From assembly GCA_963837955.1 (NCBI GenBank), contig CAWIPH010000002.1:3200001-3264000 (forward strand): a DNA stretch of 64,000 nucleotides, read 5' to 3'. The notes under the pieces were generated by a model. The model was not told the DNA's origin, ran no database searches, and saw nothing but the letters and a program-made list of their open reading frames with translations. This stretch comes from an uncultured Verrucomicrobiae bacterium (GTDB lineage: Bacteria > Verrucomicrobiota > Verrucomicrobiia > Chthoniobacterales > JAFAMB01). Positions 48,237-59,230 of the stretch are shown in pieces; position 1 is the stretch's first letter; each line of letters starts with the position of its first letter. Made by a program: the position numbers and the translations under genes.

Positions 48237-49244
48237 TCAAAGTGTCTGAAAATCGCGTTTAATATGAACGGACGCTTCCTTCTTTTCTTGGCATGCAAGA
48301 TAGCTTTTTCGCTCCCCTGGCTGGTCGGGCGAGTGACTAGATTGAACACACTTTTTGACGAAAGTCTTGTAGATACCGGCTTTCAACAACAAGACCGGAT
48401 TAGCAGAGACAGCTTCCTTCAAGTAGCGGAGGCACCCGGGGTAATCCCCCCAATCATAGCATTTATCTGCAAGGTACAAATAAAAGTAACCACCGGACCA
48501 ACGAAACGTGGCGGCTGGCAAGTCGTCGTTACGCTGACGCACTCGACGCATGGTGACGGTAAACGATGCAATCATACTTTCAGCATTACGACTCATGGCC
48601 GAGCTGCTCTGCCGATATGCGGCCAGATGTTCGGGAACGACACGAATGCTAAAGCACTCGGCAACCCGCAGATAGAGATCCCAATCTTCACACCCCTGGG
48701 CTCCTTCTTGCTCGACTCGGGTGAGGTAAAGGCCGACCTTTTCGAGAGCGGCTACACGAAATAGCGGCACACTGGCGTTGCCAAGGAGGTTTTGCAAAAC
48801 CATTGCATGACGTAAGCGACCCTCAAATGTATCGGGAGGACCTGTATCCACGAGGTTACCCTGCTCGTTGATCAATTTGGACCAGCAATACACCAGACCT
48901 GTTTCGTTGCCACATTGCTCCATACGGGCAACTTGCTTCTCAAGCTTCTCTGGAAACCAAAGGTCATCGGCATCCAAGGGAGCAACGTATTTGCCGCGCG
49001 CCTTCCGTATCGCAGCATTCCGCGCGGCGCCCACTCCCGCATTACTCTGCCGGACGAGCTGAAATCTGGCATCCCTTGTTACGAATTCTTCAACGATGTT
49101 AGCGGTGGCATCTGAGGAACCATCATCAACTACAATCACTTCGATCGCTTGATAGGTTTGAGTGAGGACAGAATTAAGCGTCTGCCGAATGTCTAGCGCG
49201 GCATTGAATGCTGGAATAATTACCGATACCAGTGCCTTGTCCAA
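48237..49244 (-). CDS. GT2 glycosyltransferase
   Basis: VSVIIPAFN, VVDDGSSD, ARNAAI, LDADD, CEDWD. Confidence 0.9.
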   Translation of the reverse strand: MDKALVSVIIPAFNAALDIRQTLNSVLTQTYQAIEVIVVDDGSSDATANIVEEFVTRDARFQLVRQSNAGVGAARNAAIRKARGKYVAPLDADDLWFPEKLEKQVARMEQCGNETGLVYCWSKLINEQGNLVDTGPPDTFEGRLRHAMVLQNLLGNASVPLFRVAALEKVGLYLTRVEQEGAQGCEDWDLYLRVAECFSIRVVPEHLAAYRQSSSAMSRNAESMIASFTVTMRRVRQRNDDLPAATFRWSGGYFYLYLADKCYDWGDYPGCLRYLKEAVSANPVLLLKAGIYKTFVKKCVQSSHSPDQPGERKSYLACQEKKEASVHIKRDFQTL

Positions 49245-49364
49245 GTTCCTCTACCCTCAGCTCACGATTTTCCAATTCCTTATTGTCCTGGTTCAGACGA
49301 AGGCGTCCTAAAATTTGTTCACGTTATTGGCTTATTAATTACCGGTGCCGGGTGCGGCGATGCT

Positions 49365-50330
49365 TTACATTTCCTTGATACGCCAGGGGTGACAGCGGCC
49401 CAGGAAAATGTCCTTTAGAGCCAATAGATGTCCTTTCAGCCTTCCACTCCAATCCAGAGAGCGATCGCCCTTCAGTAGATTCCATAGGCTCGTCCACGTG
49501 CTCTTGCCAAAACAGATCAACCAAAAGCGAGTCCAGGACTTGAGAGCGGGCAGATGCGTCACTCCTTTTTTTAGAAAATACCAATTGTTCGCTACGAGCG
49601 AATATCCCCGTAATACTTCACGCACCCGGCCTCCCGGCGTTTCCAGATGGACCCCGACGCAACCCGCAAAGCGGCCGATGAGACCGTAACGCTCCAAGCG
49701 GATTGATAGGTCGTAATCCTCCCCATAGGAATAAAACGGAAGATTTTCGTCAAATGTCTCATAATTTAGGATAGCCCGCCGGATGATCATATTGCAGCCG
49801 TAAAGAATATGATGCTTTCCCTGACTGAAGAACACGCCTCTCGGGTTTCCTCCGGGTTGATAACTAGCAATCAACTTCTTCGCTTCCTCTCGGCTAACGC
49901 CTCCGTCTACGAGAATACGGCCAGAGATCCCCACGACTGAGAGATTCGCGTTCATAAACGCGACAGCTTGCTCCAAATAGTCATTTTTCAGCTCAAAATC
50001 ATCATCGAAGAATCCGATGTATGTCACCGTGTTCGAGATTGCTTCTATGCCCCGGTTTCTTTGCACCGTTAGTCCAAGGGGCCCCACGATGTACTGCACG
50101 TCGTCCCCCCATTGTTTCCCAGGCAGGTCCTCGGCTGAGGGCACAACAATAATGATTTCTTTCGGTTTCAGCGTTTGCCTCCGAAGATTTTCGATAGTTT
50201 CACTAACAGAATCAGGGCGGCCTTTGGAAGCGATCACTACACTGATCGAAGTACCCGCTAGCTTGTCGTTCGGAGGCTGACTAGCCGTATCTACCCTATT
50301 GATGAGGTTATTCAAAACAATGGAATCCAT
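49365..50330 (-). CDS. GT2 glycosyltransferase
   Basis: SVVIASKGR, QRNRG, FFDDD, LYGCNM, GED. Confidence 0.85.
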   Translation of the reverse strand: MDSIVLNNLINRVDTASQPPNDKLAGTSISVVIASKGRPDSVSETIENLRRQTLKPKEIIIVVPSAEDLPGKQWGDDVQYIVGPLGLTVQRNRGIEAISNTVTYIGFFDDDFELKNDYLEQAVAFMNANLSVVGISGRILVDGGVSREEAKKLIASYQPGGNPRGVFFSQGKHHILYGCNMIIRRAILNYETFDENLPFYSYGEDYDLSIRLERYGLIGRFAGCVGVHLETPGGRVREVLRGYSLVANNWYFLKKGVTHLPALKSWTRFWLICFGKSTWTSLWNLLKGDRSLDWSGRLKGHLLALKDIFLGRCHPWRIKEM

Positions 50331-50474
50331 TCCTCGCCATTTTCTTAGCTAGTTTTAAAATTAGATGAAAGTCGGGGACAGTTTCTGTCCGGAAGAGTCC
50401 CTTGGCCAGCATGTTTCATTTGACAAATCGTCAGAGTTTTCCGGAAGCGAAAAAGTGCTCCGATCCGCTGATTA

Positions 50475-51395
50475 CTAACCGGATCGATCGTGGGGTGTCG
50501 CTCTTAATAGGCACGTACAGGCGCCGATGCACATCGCCAGTCGAAGTTTATAGTCATGATTTTGAAAACGGACAATCGCCAGAAATAAAAGAATAGGTAG
50601 GGATGCTATCAGTTTGATGGGTCGTAAATGAGGTGGAAGCGGTAGATCACGAGATCGGAAAATCCGAATTTCACTAATGCCTTCCCAGAACGTTCGCCTT
50701 AGAATCCATGACATCTTTAGTCTTTCCCGGCTAATTTTGTGGTAAACTTTGAAGGCTGGATCAAAACCGGCGCCCAGCCCCGCATCCAAAACGCTTTGCG
50801 TGACCTGACAATCGTCACCACTGATAAGGCTACTGCCGACGCGGCCGAGCTTTTCTGGAAAACCGCCGATATCTAGCAAGACGCGCCGACGGATAGCGTA
50901 GTTGGCGCCGTTCACGGTGTAGCCGTCTGTGACTGACCCTGGTCTGTCGGCTTCAGCCAGAGAGAGATACATTTTCCACCGCTTGCTGAGGTGCTCCCCG
51001 CTGATACCATCCGGCCATTGCGGATATATTCCCCCGCCAATGACGGCCTGGGTTGGAGACGCGGCGGCCAGAGTGGCTAATAACTTTCCCAGCCAGTTCG
51101 GAAATGGCACGGCGTCGTCGTCCAGGAACACCACCCAGTCAGCAGCCGCCAAGTGGACGCCGCAATTACGGGCGAGCGATAGGCCAGGCTGGTCCACTCG
51201 TGTCAATTTCACAGCCGGATAGAGGATTATCAGCTTCTCCATTTCAGCCTTATTTTTCGGATCTGAAGCGCTGTCGACGAGAATGATTTCGGCTTGGGCG
51301 CCGATTTGAGGAATCAACGCGCCGAGACATTCCGAAACGTCGGCGCTCCGGTTGTGGCTGCAAATCACGATTGAAACGAGCGGGCCCTTGTTCAT
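50475..51395 (-). CDS. GT2 glycosyltransferase
   Basis: VSIVICSHNR, GLSLARN, FLDDD, GANYAIRR. Confidence 0.9.
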   Translation of the reverse strand: MNKGPLVSIVICSHNRSADVSECLGALIPQIGAQAEIILVDSASDPKNKAEMEKLIILYPAVKLTRVDQPGLSLARNCGVHLAAADWVVFLDDDAVPFPNWLGKLLATLAAASPTQAVIGGGIYPQWPDGISGEHLSKRWKMYLSLAEADRPGSVTDGYTVNGANYAIRRRVLLDIGGFPEKLGRVGSSLISGDDCQVTQSVLDAGLGAGFDPAFKVYHKISRERLKMSWILRRTFWEGISEIRIFRSRDLPLPPHLRPIKLIASLPILLFLAIVRFQNHDYKLRLAMCIGACTCLLRATPHDRSG

Positions 51396-51526
51396 GGGTA
51401 AGCGGGTGTTTGAAATGTCTCCAGATCAACAAACAGCGAGCACGTCGAATTCACCTTTGGAGCGTGGTTCAAAGCAACAATTAACTCTTTCTGCAGCCTT
51501 AACGTTTGGGATGCGTATAGTAGAAA

Positions 51527-52603
51527 TTAGTGCAGCTCCGAGCTGATCAAATCTCCCCACTCTGCCAGGAATTTTTCGCGAGTGGCACTCTGGGCATGAA
51601 CTATAAGAGCGTTCTTCAACTCTTTACGCCTTCGTTCGTTGAGAGCGAGAACAGATTCCATTGCTTCGCCAATATCCGAGACGGAATGCGGGTCCACCTG
51701 TATCGCCAGACCGTTCACAGCCTCGGCGAGGGCACTGTCTCGGGAAATAATAGGAACTAGCCCGTGGAGCGCAGCTTCCAGCGCTGGCATGCCGAAGCCT
51801 TCGAGCAGGCTTGGTAGCACGAACGCACTCGCCTCCTGGTACAGCCAGCGCAGCTGTGCGTCCGAGACGTAACCTAGAACCTTAACTCCCGCCGTACGCG
51901 CTGCAGTCGCCACAATTTCCTCCGCACCTGCGCCTCTCGCACCGCAAAGTATGTAGCTTACATCGCGTTTAGCGAAGCCGTATCGCTCGAATGCCTCAAT
52001 GGCAGTACGCTGGTTCTTCCTTGTCTCGAGTGCTCCGACTGTGAGGAAGAACGGCCGTTGGATCCCGGGAATAGGTTCGGAATGGCCGACCAGGCTGCCC
52101 GCGCGCACGTACAAAGAAATCGCCCTGAGGAAGCGAAAGTTTGTGCCGAATTTCGCCTCAAAAGCGTATCGTGAGGCGTTGCTGACGAAGACTATTCCGG
52201 GCCGCGCCGTAACGATCTTCCTGTAGGCCTTCTCGTATGCGCCGACCGTGCCGCTGTCGTAAAGTTCCGGGTGGCTCACCGGGCCGATGTCGTGACACAA
52301 AACGATGTCCGAGGACTCCAGCCTGGAGCGACTAACATAAAGTGGATCCAGAAAAAGCCGCTTGAGCTTTACTGCTTTCGGCTCGGGCCAGAGAAACCTG
52401 CTTGATGTACCAAATCGCGCAATCTCCCGCAGCATCAAACGCCCGAATATCTTCCGAGCTATGCCGGTAGGGAGTTGCGGTCTCAACAGGCGCCACCTTC
52501 TGACGATTCCCTTGGTGCCGAATGCCCGAGCGAGATCCTCAGCAATGTAGTGCGCACCGGTCCGGTTGATCAACGATAGCGAACAATCTAACAATAGTTG
52601 CAT
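51527..52603 (-). CDS. GT4 glycosyltransferase
   Basis: VGALETRKN, PSLLEGFGMPALEA. Confidence 0.88.
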   Translation of the reverse strand: MQLLLDCSLSLINRTGAHYIAEDLARAFGTKGIVRRWRLLRPQLPTGIARKIFGRLMLREIARFGTSSRFLWPEPKAVKLKRLFLDPLYVSRSRLESSDIVLCHDIGPVSHPELYDSGTVGAYEKAYRKIVTARPGIVFVSNASRYAFEAKFGTNFRFLRAISLYVRAGSLVGHSEPIPGIQRPFFLTVGALETRKNQRTAIEAFERYGFAKRDVSYILCGARGAGAEEIVATAARTAGVKVLGYVSDAQLRWLYQEASAFVLPSLLEGFGMPALEAALHGLVPIISRDSALAEAVNGLAIQVDPHSVSDIGEAMESVLALNERRRKELKNALIVHAQSATREKFLAEWGDLISSELH

Positions 52604-52666
52604 CTTACTCCGTGCTCGAAAGAGTTTGTCGGAACCTGGTATGTCGTCTGGCGAGAGGAGATACTA

Positions 52667-53794
52667 CTAACTGACAGGGATCACCCGAGACTCCCATCCT
52701 TCACACAATGCACGCGCCAGAATCCGGGCAGACTCGTTCCAGGGGCGGTCGACCGCGGGAGGCGATTTCGGTAAACCTATTGCTCGCAGAATTCCTGCTT
52801 TGATCCCTTCCAGAGTCGGCTGTACGTAGATGACATACTCATCCCCTGCCTCCCTCAGCTCCGGGATATCGGTGGTGACCACACGCGCGCCACAGGCACG
52901 CGCCTCAAGAACAGGCATGCCGAAACCTTCATAGAGCGATGGAAAGACTAGCGCGTCGGCTCCGGCATATAAAATAGGCATCGACTCGTCCGGTACATAG
53001 CCCGCCAGCACCAGACCGTATGCGCGGGCCTCGCCGAGTCTCTGCTTCAACGCTCGGTTCTTCCACCCAGTGGGGCCCGCGAGCACCAACCGATGCTCGC
53101 CCAACTTCCCGCCCCTCTTCAGATCGATATACGCACGAAGCACAGCATCGAGATTCTTGCGCGGCTCTGGCGTTGCGACTGACAACAGATAAGGTCGCTT
53201 CACACCAAGGCGCGACAAATTCTCTGGAATCTCGATTTCACCTGCTGACTGTGAAGGCCGAAACTGTGGCCTCACACCGGGCCAAACGACATCGCTCACC
53301 TCTCCCCCAACCATCGTGCGGATGCGCTCGGCGGTGCCGTATGAATTAGCCAGGACACAGTCAGCGGTGAGAATGTCCCCCCGAAACCAAAGTCGACTCG
53401 ACCACCGAGATTGGAACTGCATTGTCTCCGGAACCACCAGGTGATTCAGGTCATGCACGCTGCACACGGTACGCGCACCGCCGGCAAGTCTTGGATGCAG
53501 TGTGCGTCCAGCCCAGAACACGTCAACCCGGTCCGCTTCGCACATGGCGCGACAGCGCGTCTTGAGCCAAACAAACGACGGCAGTCGCCGAAAGGCACTT
53601 ACCGGTTCGCTGCGCAGTTGCCAACGTGGTGACGGCAACAGGACTGCGCCAGCCGGCAGCCTGGAGTACGCGATGAACGACGCCTCGGGCAGTAGCGCGT
53701 CAAGCTCGCGGCCTAAGTTGAAGACATAGTGGCCGACGCCAGAAAGCGGAGCGCGCAATGCGTCCCCATCCATGCCAATACGCAGTGAATTCAT
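52667..53794 (-). CDS. GT4 glycosyltransferase
   Basis: SVHDL, EPRKN, FPSLYEGFGMPVLEA. Confidence 0.9.
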   Translation of the reverse strand: MNSLRIGMDGDALRAPLSGVGHYVFNLGRELDALLPEASFIAYSRLPAGAVLLPSPRWQLRSEPVSAFRRLPSFVWLKTRCRAMCEADRVDVFWAGRTLHPRLAGGARTVCSVHDLNHLVVPETMQFQSRWSSRLWFRGDILTADCVLANSYGTAERIRTMVGGEVSDVVWPGVRPQFRPSQSAGEIEIPENLSRLGVKRPYLLSVATPEPRKNLDAVLRAYIDLKRGGKLGEHRLVLAGPTGWKNRALKQRLGEARAYGLVLAGYVPDESMPILYAGADALVFPSLYEGFGMPVLEARACGARVVTTDIPELREAGDEYVIYVQPTLEGIKAGILRAIGLPKSPPAVDRPWNESARILARALCEGWESRVIPVS

Positions 53795-55017
53795 TAGGGT
53801 TCTTCCGGGCTCAGAATCGATCCCGTGTCGACAGGCCGGGTCGCCGTAAAACGCGATTCTTCTGATGAAGTAGCCGTCACTCCCAGCTTACTCGCGGGTG
53901 CGGGACTGTTTCGGTTAATTCCAACAAAGCCACGAAAAGCGACAGCGAGCTTCCGCAACCGGTCTTGCGCATGGAGGCCACCTCGAAACCAAGCCAGAAC
54001 CGGACGCTCTATCGAATAATGAATGAGAAGACCGAAGACGACAGAAATCACAACCAACAACAACGGCAAAATAATGGGATAAGGAATGGGTTTTAGAACA
54101 TGATATTTTACCAGAGTCGCGAACAGTATCATCATCGTCGGGTGAGTTAAGTATATGGAGTAAGATGCGTCTCCAATAGGCACAAGAATCCTAGTCAGAA
54201 GTGATTTATCAAATCGCATCTTGATGAATGAGACGGCCACAAGCAGAGCGGGCAAGCCCCACTCTAGATAACGAACGTCTTGGGCTGGTCCTGCAGTATT
54301 GCTATAAGTATTTTCTGCGAAAACCGCTGCAGCAGCCATCAGAATTAGTCCCGGTACCCACATATATCGCAACCAAACCCCGCTAAGTACCTGATTATGG
54401 ATGAAGTATGAAAGGACAAGTCCAAAACAAAACTCAAGTGCAATCGGGTTGGATAAAAAGTGTTTGATATCACCTTCCGGCAGAAGATTGCTCAACACTA
54501 ATCCTGTGCCAATGAGACAAGTCGTGGTGAGTATCGCAATTCGCGCGTTACGTAACCACAGTGTGAGTGAAAATAGGTAATAAAAGTACATTTCATAAAC
54601 CAGCGTCCAAGCAACACCAATGATCAGTTTGCTACTGGGAAGCAAAAGGAAGGAGCATCCCAAAATTTGGGCATCGAGATGGAGGCTCCGATAAAAATAA
54701 CCACTCAACCACAAGACCAGAGTGGCCAGCAGCCAAATCCAATATAATGGAAAGATGCGAATGAACCGCTTTAACAAAAACCGGGGTGCTTGTTCGGGAT
54801 TCCGGGGCTCTCGTCCATACGTCACGCTATAGATGATGAAACCGCTAATCACGAAGAAGATGTCAACGCCGGAAGCTCCGATTCGGATAAGCCATTCTGG
54901 CGCGATCTTGGTAGAAATCGCCAGCGATTCTTCTAATGAATGATGGGATACCACCAGCATTGCAGCAATTCCGCGAAGTATTTGGATACCAATATTCCAG
55001 CTGGTTGTTTTAGGCAT
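53794..55017 (-). CDS. Membrane O-acyltransferase (OafA/Acyl_transf_3)
   Basis: IQILRGIAA, GVDIFFVISGF, WTLVYEMYFY, GDASYSIYLTH, IERP. Confidence 0.9.
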   Translation of the reverse strand: MPKTTSWNIGIQILRGIAAMLVVSHHSLEESLAISTKIAPEWLIRIGASGVDIFFVISGFIIYSVTYGREPRNPEQAPRFLLKRFIRIFPLYWIWLLATLVLWLSGYFYRSLHLDAQILGCSFLLLPSSKLIIGVAWTLVYEMYFYYLFSLTLWLRNARIAILTTTCLIGTGLVLSNLLPEGDIKHFLSNPIALEFCFGLVLSYFIHNQVLSGVWLRYMWVPGLILMAAAAVFAENTYSNTAGPAQDVRYLEWGLPALLVAVSFIKMRFDKSLLTRILVPIGDASYSIYLTHPTMMILFATLVKYHVLKPIPYPIILPLLLVVISVVFGLLIHYSIERPVLAWFRGGLHAQDRLRKLAVAFRGFVGINRNSPAPASKLGVTATSSEESRFTATRPVDTGSILSPEEP

Positions 55018-55218
55018 GTGAGGTATTAGCAAACTTCGGACCGAAGCTTTTAGCGTAATTTTTGACTAACATTAGTTCACACTTAACAGTGCGTCCTGTA
55101 TCCGGATAACTATTCACAGTTAAACGTGCAGAACAATTGCCACCTGGGTTCTCAGGAAAGTCGCATTTAGTAAGCTCGTTCGTATTGCTTTCCTCTTCGA
55201 TTGGACAAGAGATCCAGG

Positions 55219-56247
55219 TTAGCTATTTGCTGCGAGCTCAAGTCTGCGCCAGGTCTCCGACGCAGCAGTCTCCCAACTGTAGAGGGCGGCTCGCTGCACT
55301 CCTTGTTCTGCCAGTGATGCTCGTTGTATACTATCAAGCCGCAACAACGCTTCCAACTTGCTCGAGAGATCTTGCGGGCTGAACGGATCAAAATACTCGG
55401 CTGTTCCACCATATATTTCCCGATGCGCAGGAATATCGGAGACAGCAACTGGACAGCCGCACGCCAGAGCCTCTAACGGCGGCAGGCCGAATCCCTCATA
55501 GATAGATGGGTAGACAAATCCGGCCGCGCCCGAATACAGGACGGATAGCAAGCCGTCTTCGACCCGGCCAAGCAGACGGACTGATTCGGGTATGGAATCG
55601 AACTGCAATTTTTGGAATACGTGACCGCTCGCTCCCGCTACCGCTAACATTGATCCATTGAAATTGCCCAACTGCCACGCCTCGAGCAGCATTCTTAGAT
55701 TCTTGCGAGGCTCGATTGAACCGACGAACAGGATATAGGGGCGAGTTAGTCCCAAGCCGGTTAGCGCTTCTCTGACCGTTTTCGGATTTACAGGACGAAA
55801 ACGTCGATCGACGCCGTTGAATATAACATGAACATTCTCTGACTTTACGCCGGTTAGTTTGACGATCCGTTCTTTGGAAAAATGAGAGACCGTAATCGTC
55901 GCTCTCACTTTGCGAATAAGTCGCGGCAGCATGGCGGCGTACCACAGCGCAAACTTGCGCTCAAACCATTCAGGATGATCTAAGGCTGCCGCATCATGCA
56001 CGGTTACTACTTGCCGGCTCACCGCCAGAGGACCGGTATTACCAGGACTCCACAGGAGCTGGCGTTTGAGTTGAGTAGGAAGATAAAATTGCTCCCAAAG
56101 GTGCCCTTTGATGCCCTGCATTGCCTGTGACGGTTTTACTGAATTCAACCCGGAAGGCATGTGAGGCAACAGGCTGAGCAGATATCTTTGAACGCCTGTG
56201 GTGGGGTGTCCGAGCGTGCGTAGGTTAACACACGGTTTCAAGGTCAT
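55219..56247 (-). CDS. GT4 glycosyltransferase
   Basis: TGVQRY, TVHD, GSIEPRKN, YPSIYEGFGLPPLEA. Confidence 0.9.
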   Translation of the reverse strand: MTLKPCVNLRTLGHPTTGVQRYLLSLLPHMPSGLNSVKPSQAMQGIKGHLWEQFYLPTQLKRQLLWSPGNTGPLAVSRQVVTVHDAAALDHPEWFERKFALWYAAMLPRLIRKVRATITVSHFSKERIVKLTGVKSENVHVIFNGVDRRFRPVNPKTVREALTGLGLTRPYILFVGSIEPRKNLRMLLEAWQLGNFNGSMLAVAGASGHVFQKLQFDSIPESVRLLGRVEDGLLSVLYSGAAGFVYPSIYEGFGLPPLEALACGCPVAVSDIPAHREIYGGTAEYFDPFSPQDLSSKLEALLRLDSIQRASLAEQGVQRAALYSWETAASETWRRLELAANS

Positions 56248-56330
56248 AATACGACTAGTGCGATGCCGCTAAGGGCCTGGCCGATAGCGGAACCTTCCAT
56301 TGTGCGGAACAATCTGCCCAAAATCTGGGA

Positions 56331-57500
56331 TCAAACCTGGGCAATCTTTGGTCGCCGGCTCATCTTAGACAGCATCACGAGTAACCTACGGAATTCATTT
56401 TTCCTTTGCTCGGTAACGCGTGCTAGCAGGTAGATCGATAAGCTCGTCCCAACAACAACGACCGCTGTGATGGGCCAGTTTCGGACGTTCAGTTCCCGCT
56501 GACCGCCCACGACGGCCGCGATTGCCCGAAAGAAATAGACGAGCGGGTAGTGGTAAAGGTACATGCTGAACGTACAGTGCGCCAGGGCACGGATCGGCGA
56601 ACTAAATGTAGACAGCACCGGAGATAGCGCGCCCTCCAGACCTTTGAGCCCGATAAGCAACCCGGAAAAGAGCACGCCGGAGACATAATTCGAGAGAAAG
56701 TGACTCGACATTCCGATCATGCCCGGCGGCAGGCCAGTCGTTAGAATCTCGGTCCTGTGGTCCAAGGCGGAGCGAGCGCCGCTGGCCATGAACACGACAT
56801 AGCAGAGGGTCGAAACTACACACAGCACAGCGCCGCCGAGAGGGGAGACGACGGCCCGCTTGTAGATGTGCCACATGCCGACTCCCATCAGCCAGATAGG
56901 CAGTAACAGGAGACCTTTTGGCCCAACGACAATGCATACCAGAGTGAGACCTATCGCGCGCGGCCATGCTCTCCGCTCATAGTAAGCGACGCAAAAAATG
57001 AGGTAATACGCAGCTTCGTATCCAAGGGACCAAAAGGGGCTGTTTGTCCCCGGCCAAACGTTCAAGGTCCAAATCTGATTGATGAATGTTACGGTCGCGC
57101 CAAACTGTATCGGAAGCGGTGTGGCCAGATTGGCCATGGTCGCGGGGTCGGTCCAGTGATCGGCATAGATAGCTGGGAATATCGCACTACCTACGTAATC
57201 GAGAGCGATGGTCAGAACGACAGCCGGAATGGTCACCGAGAGCAACCTTGTGGCGCGGCTCAGGAGATATTGGGAGGCTGTCCTATCATTAGTCTCAGCC
57301 GTGAGAGCAATGACAAATCCGGACAGTACGAAGAATATGATCACTGGCTCAGTGGCCGTTTGGGTAAAAAGCCAGGGAATGTAGGTGCCGAATTTTTCGA
57401 ATCCGGCGTGATGCAAGAGCACAAGACAGGCGGCCGCGAACCGAACGATGTCCAGAATGAGGGACATCTGTCGGCTGATCGAAGATGATCGCTGGATCAT
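56331..57500 (-). CDS. Membrane O-acyltransferase (Acyl_transf_3)
   Basis: LDIVRFAAA, FFVLSGFVI, FWSLGYEAAYY, FSMYLYHYP. Confidence 0.88.
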   Translation of the reverse strand: MIQRSSSISRQMSLILDIVRFAAACLVLLHHAGFEKFGTYIPWLFTQTATEPVIIFFVLSGFVIALTAETNDRTASQYLLSRATRLLSVTIPAVVLTIALDYVGSAIFPAIYADHWTDPATMANLATPLPIQFGATVTFINQIWTLNVWPGTNSPFWSLGYEAAYYLIFCVAYYERRAWPRAIGLTLVCIVVGPKGLLLLPIWLMGVGMWHIYKRAVVSPLGGAVLCVVSTLCYVVFMASGARSALDHRTEILTTGLPPGMIGMSSHFLSNYVSGVLFSGLLIGLKGLEGALSPVLSTFSSPIRALAHCTFSMYLYHYPLVYFFRAIAAVVGGQRELNVRNWPITAVVVVGTSLSIYLLARVTEQRKNEFRRLLVMLSKMSRRPKIAQV

Positions 57501-57556
57501 GTCGTCGGGCGAGCTTTCGTCGCAATGATGATTCCCATTTCAGCACTTTCCATGGG

Positions 57557-59068
57557 CTAACGGATAATCAGTAATTGGGGAGCGCCGGACAGCGAGACTG
57601 GTACGGAAACGTGGGGATCCGGTTTCGCCCGTGTGCTGTCTTTAATTTGAGACGTCGCAGGAGCTTGGTCGGACACGCTTTCCGACCATTTCCCGGAGAT
57701 CTCGGTCTGGTTCCCAGTCAGAAGATTGTACAGGAAAACATGACGGTGTTCCCGGGCTAGCGGCAAGGTTATCACGGCGTTGGCGGTTGTCGCGTTCGGA
57801 TCCCACGGTTTGACTTCCCAAAAAGCGACCACAGTCGTTTGTTCATCGGAACTGGAGAACGTATGGCATCGATAACCAAGTCCCTCCTGCTTGAGTGCGG
57901 GATCATTCTCAATCGAGGCCTGTTTTGCGGGAGGCGCCGCGGCCATTCCGGCGAGAAAGCCGGTAAGCCTTTGCAGGGCGAAATAAGACTGTTTCGCTGA
58001 AAGATTATTGTGAATCAGTCCGAAATTCTGTTCGTGCGAATACGGATCAACCCCGTCGTCCTTGAAATCGTAAATGAACGTATGCTCGACCCCAGTACCC
58101 TCGCTCTCCAAAAGCCGCCGGAGAATGTAAACCGCTTGAGTTTCCTCCGACATACCTGGCTTGCCGGGTTTCGCTTGCACCGACGAATAGCCCCACTCAG
58201 TGTGCCAGAGCTTCTCAGTGGCGCCCCATTTTCTTGCTTGGGCCCGGAACATCGAGACCTGGGAAGCCAAGGTCCCGTCCGCATCAGCGGTGGCGATCCC
58301 ATCGCGAAGAAGCAAATATGGGGTAGAGGCGTACGGGACGAGTTCGGGCAATTGATCACCGTAGGGATGATCCGTCAGACCATCGACCTGGGGAGCCAAA
58401 CCGAGCGCGATCATCCGGAAACTGGCCGGTGCCGGAGTACCCAAGCCAATCACCGCCATATGCGGATTGGCGAGTTTGATCTCTTTGGCAGCCGCGTTCA
58501 GAATTTGCACATACTTCTGCAGATAAGGTGAGACGGAACCGTTGAGCTCATGCCCATTCCACTGTCCGCCGTAGAGATCCCGGAATCCGAAATTGTTGGG
58601 CTCGTTAAGAATCTCGATGGCCTGAACATCATCGGCGAGTTCGCGCGCGAGCCAACCCGCTGCCTTCGCATAGGCGGCGGTATCGTAATGGTCGGCATAC
58701 GCCGGATTGCCGTAGGCCAGGATGAGGTCTACCTTGAGCCCCGATTTTCGCGCGGCTTGAATCCAAGCCTTGGCCTTTGCTGGGATGTGATAGTTTCCGG
58801 GTGTCGGCTCCATGGCGGCCCAACCGAAATCATCCCGGATCCAGCCCGCACCGGACTTCGCAATCAGAGGCATGATTTCTTCCACCGACCAATCGTGGGA
58901 GAAATGTGTGCATACGCCGATACGGTCGTCTCGTCCGGGGCTGTCGGAAACTGCCTGAGCCGTGACAACAAACAGACAATTCACGCTGAGAGCAGATACC
59001 CGGACAAAATTGGCGATCCACTCGAATTTTTTCGCTGAGAACATAGACAAACTTTGTTCGCTGAGCAC
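57557..59068 (-). CDS. Secreted clan GH-A glycoside hydrolase (GH5/GH39-like)
   Basis: Signal-like N-terminus; acid/base motif ILNEP, HPY, nucleophile motif TEWG, NFGL; start uncertain. Confidence 0.72.
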   Translation of the reverse strand: MLSEQSLSMFSAKKFEWIANFVRVSALSVNCLFVVTAQAVSDSPGRDDRIGVCTHFSHDWSVEEIMPLIAKSGAGWIRDDFGWAAMEPTPGNYHIPAKAKAWIQAARKSGLKVDLILAYGNPAYADHYDTAAYAKAAGWLARELADDVQAIEILNEPNNFGFRDLYGGQWNGHELNGSVSPYLQKYVQILNAAAKEIKLANPHMAVIGLGTPAPASFRMIALGLAPQVDGLTDHPYGDQLPELVPYASTPYLLLRDGIATADADGTLASQVSMFRAQARKWGATEKLWHTEWGYSSVQAKPGKPGMSEETQAVYILRRLLESEGTGVEHTFIYDFKDDGVDPYSHEQNFGLIHNNLSAKQSYFALQRLTGFLAGMAAAPPAKQASIENDPALKQEGLGYRCHTFSSSDEQTTVVAFWEVKPWDPNATTANAVITLPLAREHRHVFLYNLLTGNQTEISGKWSESVSDQAPATSQIKDSTRAKPDPHVSVPVSLSGAPQLLIIR

Positions 59069-59230
59069 GGAGCAACAACAGGACTCGGCCCGAGATTCTA
59101 AAGTAATTTCGGCTGGAGGACGCTTGGGCTAGGCTCCGTCACAGTCGTTATTGTTTTCGTGTCGGCTACGTGGCGACCAGGGAGCAAGCAAGGCAGGCAT
59201 TCGGCTGCGGCGCGAGAAAGTTACACTTAT

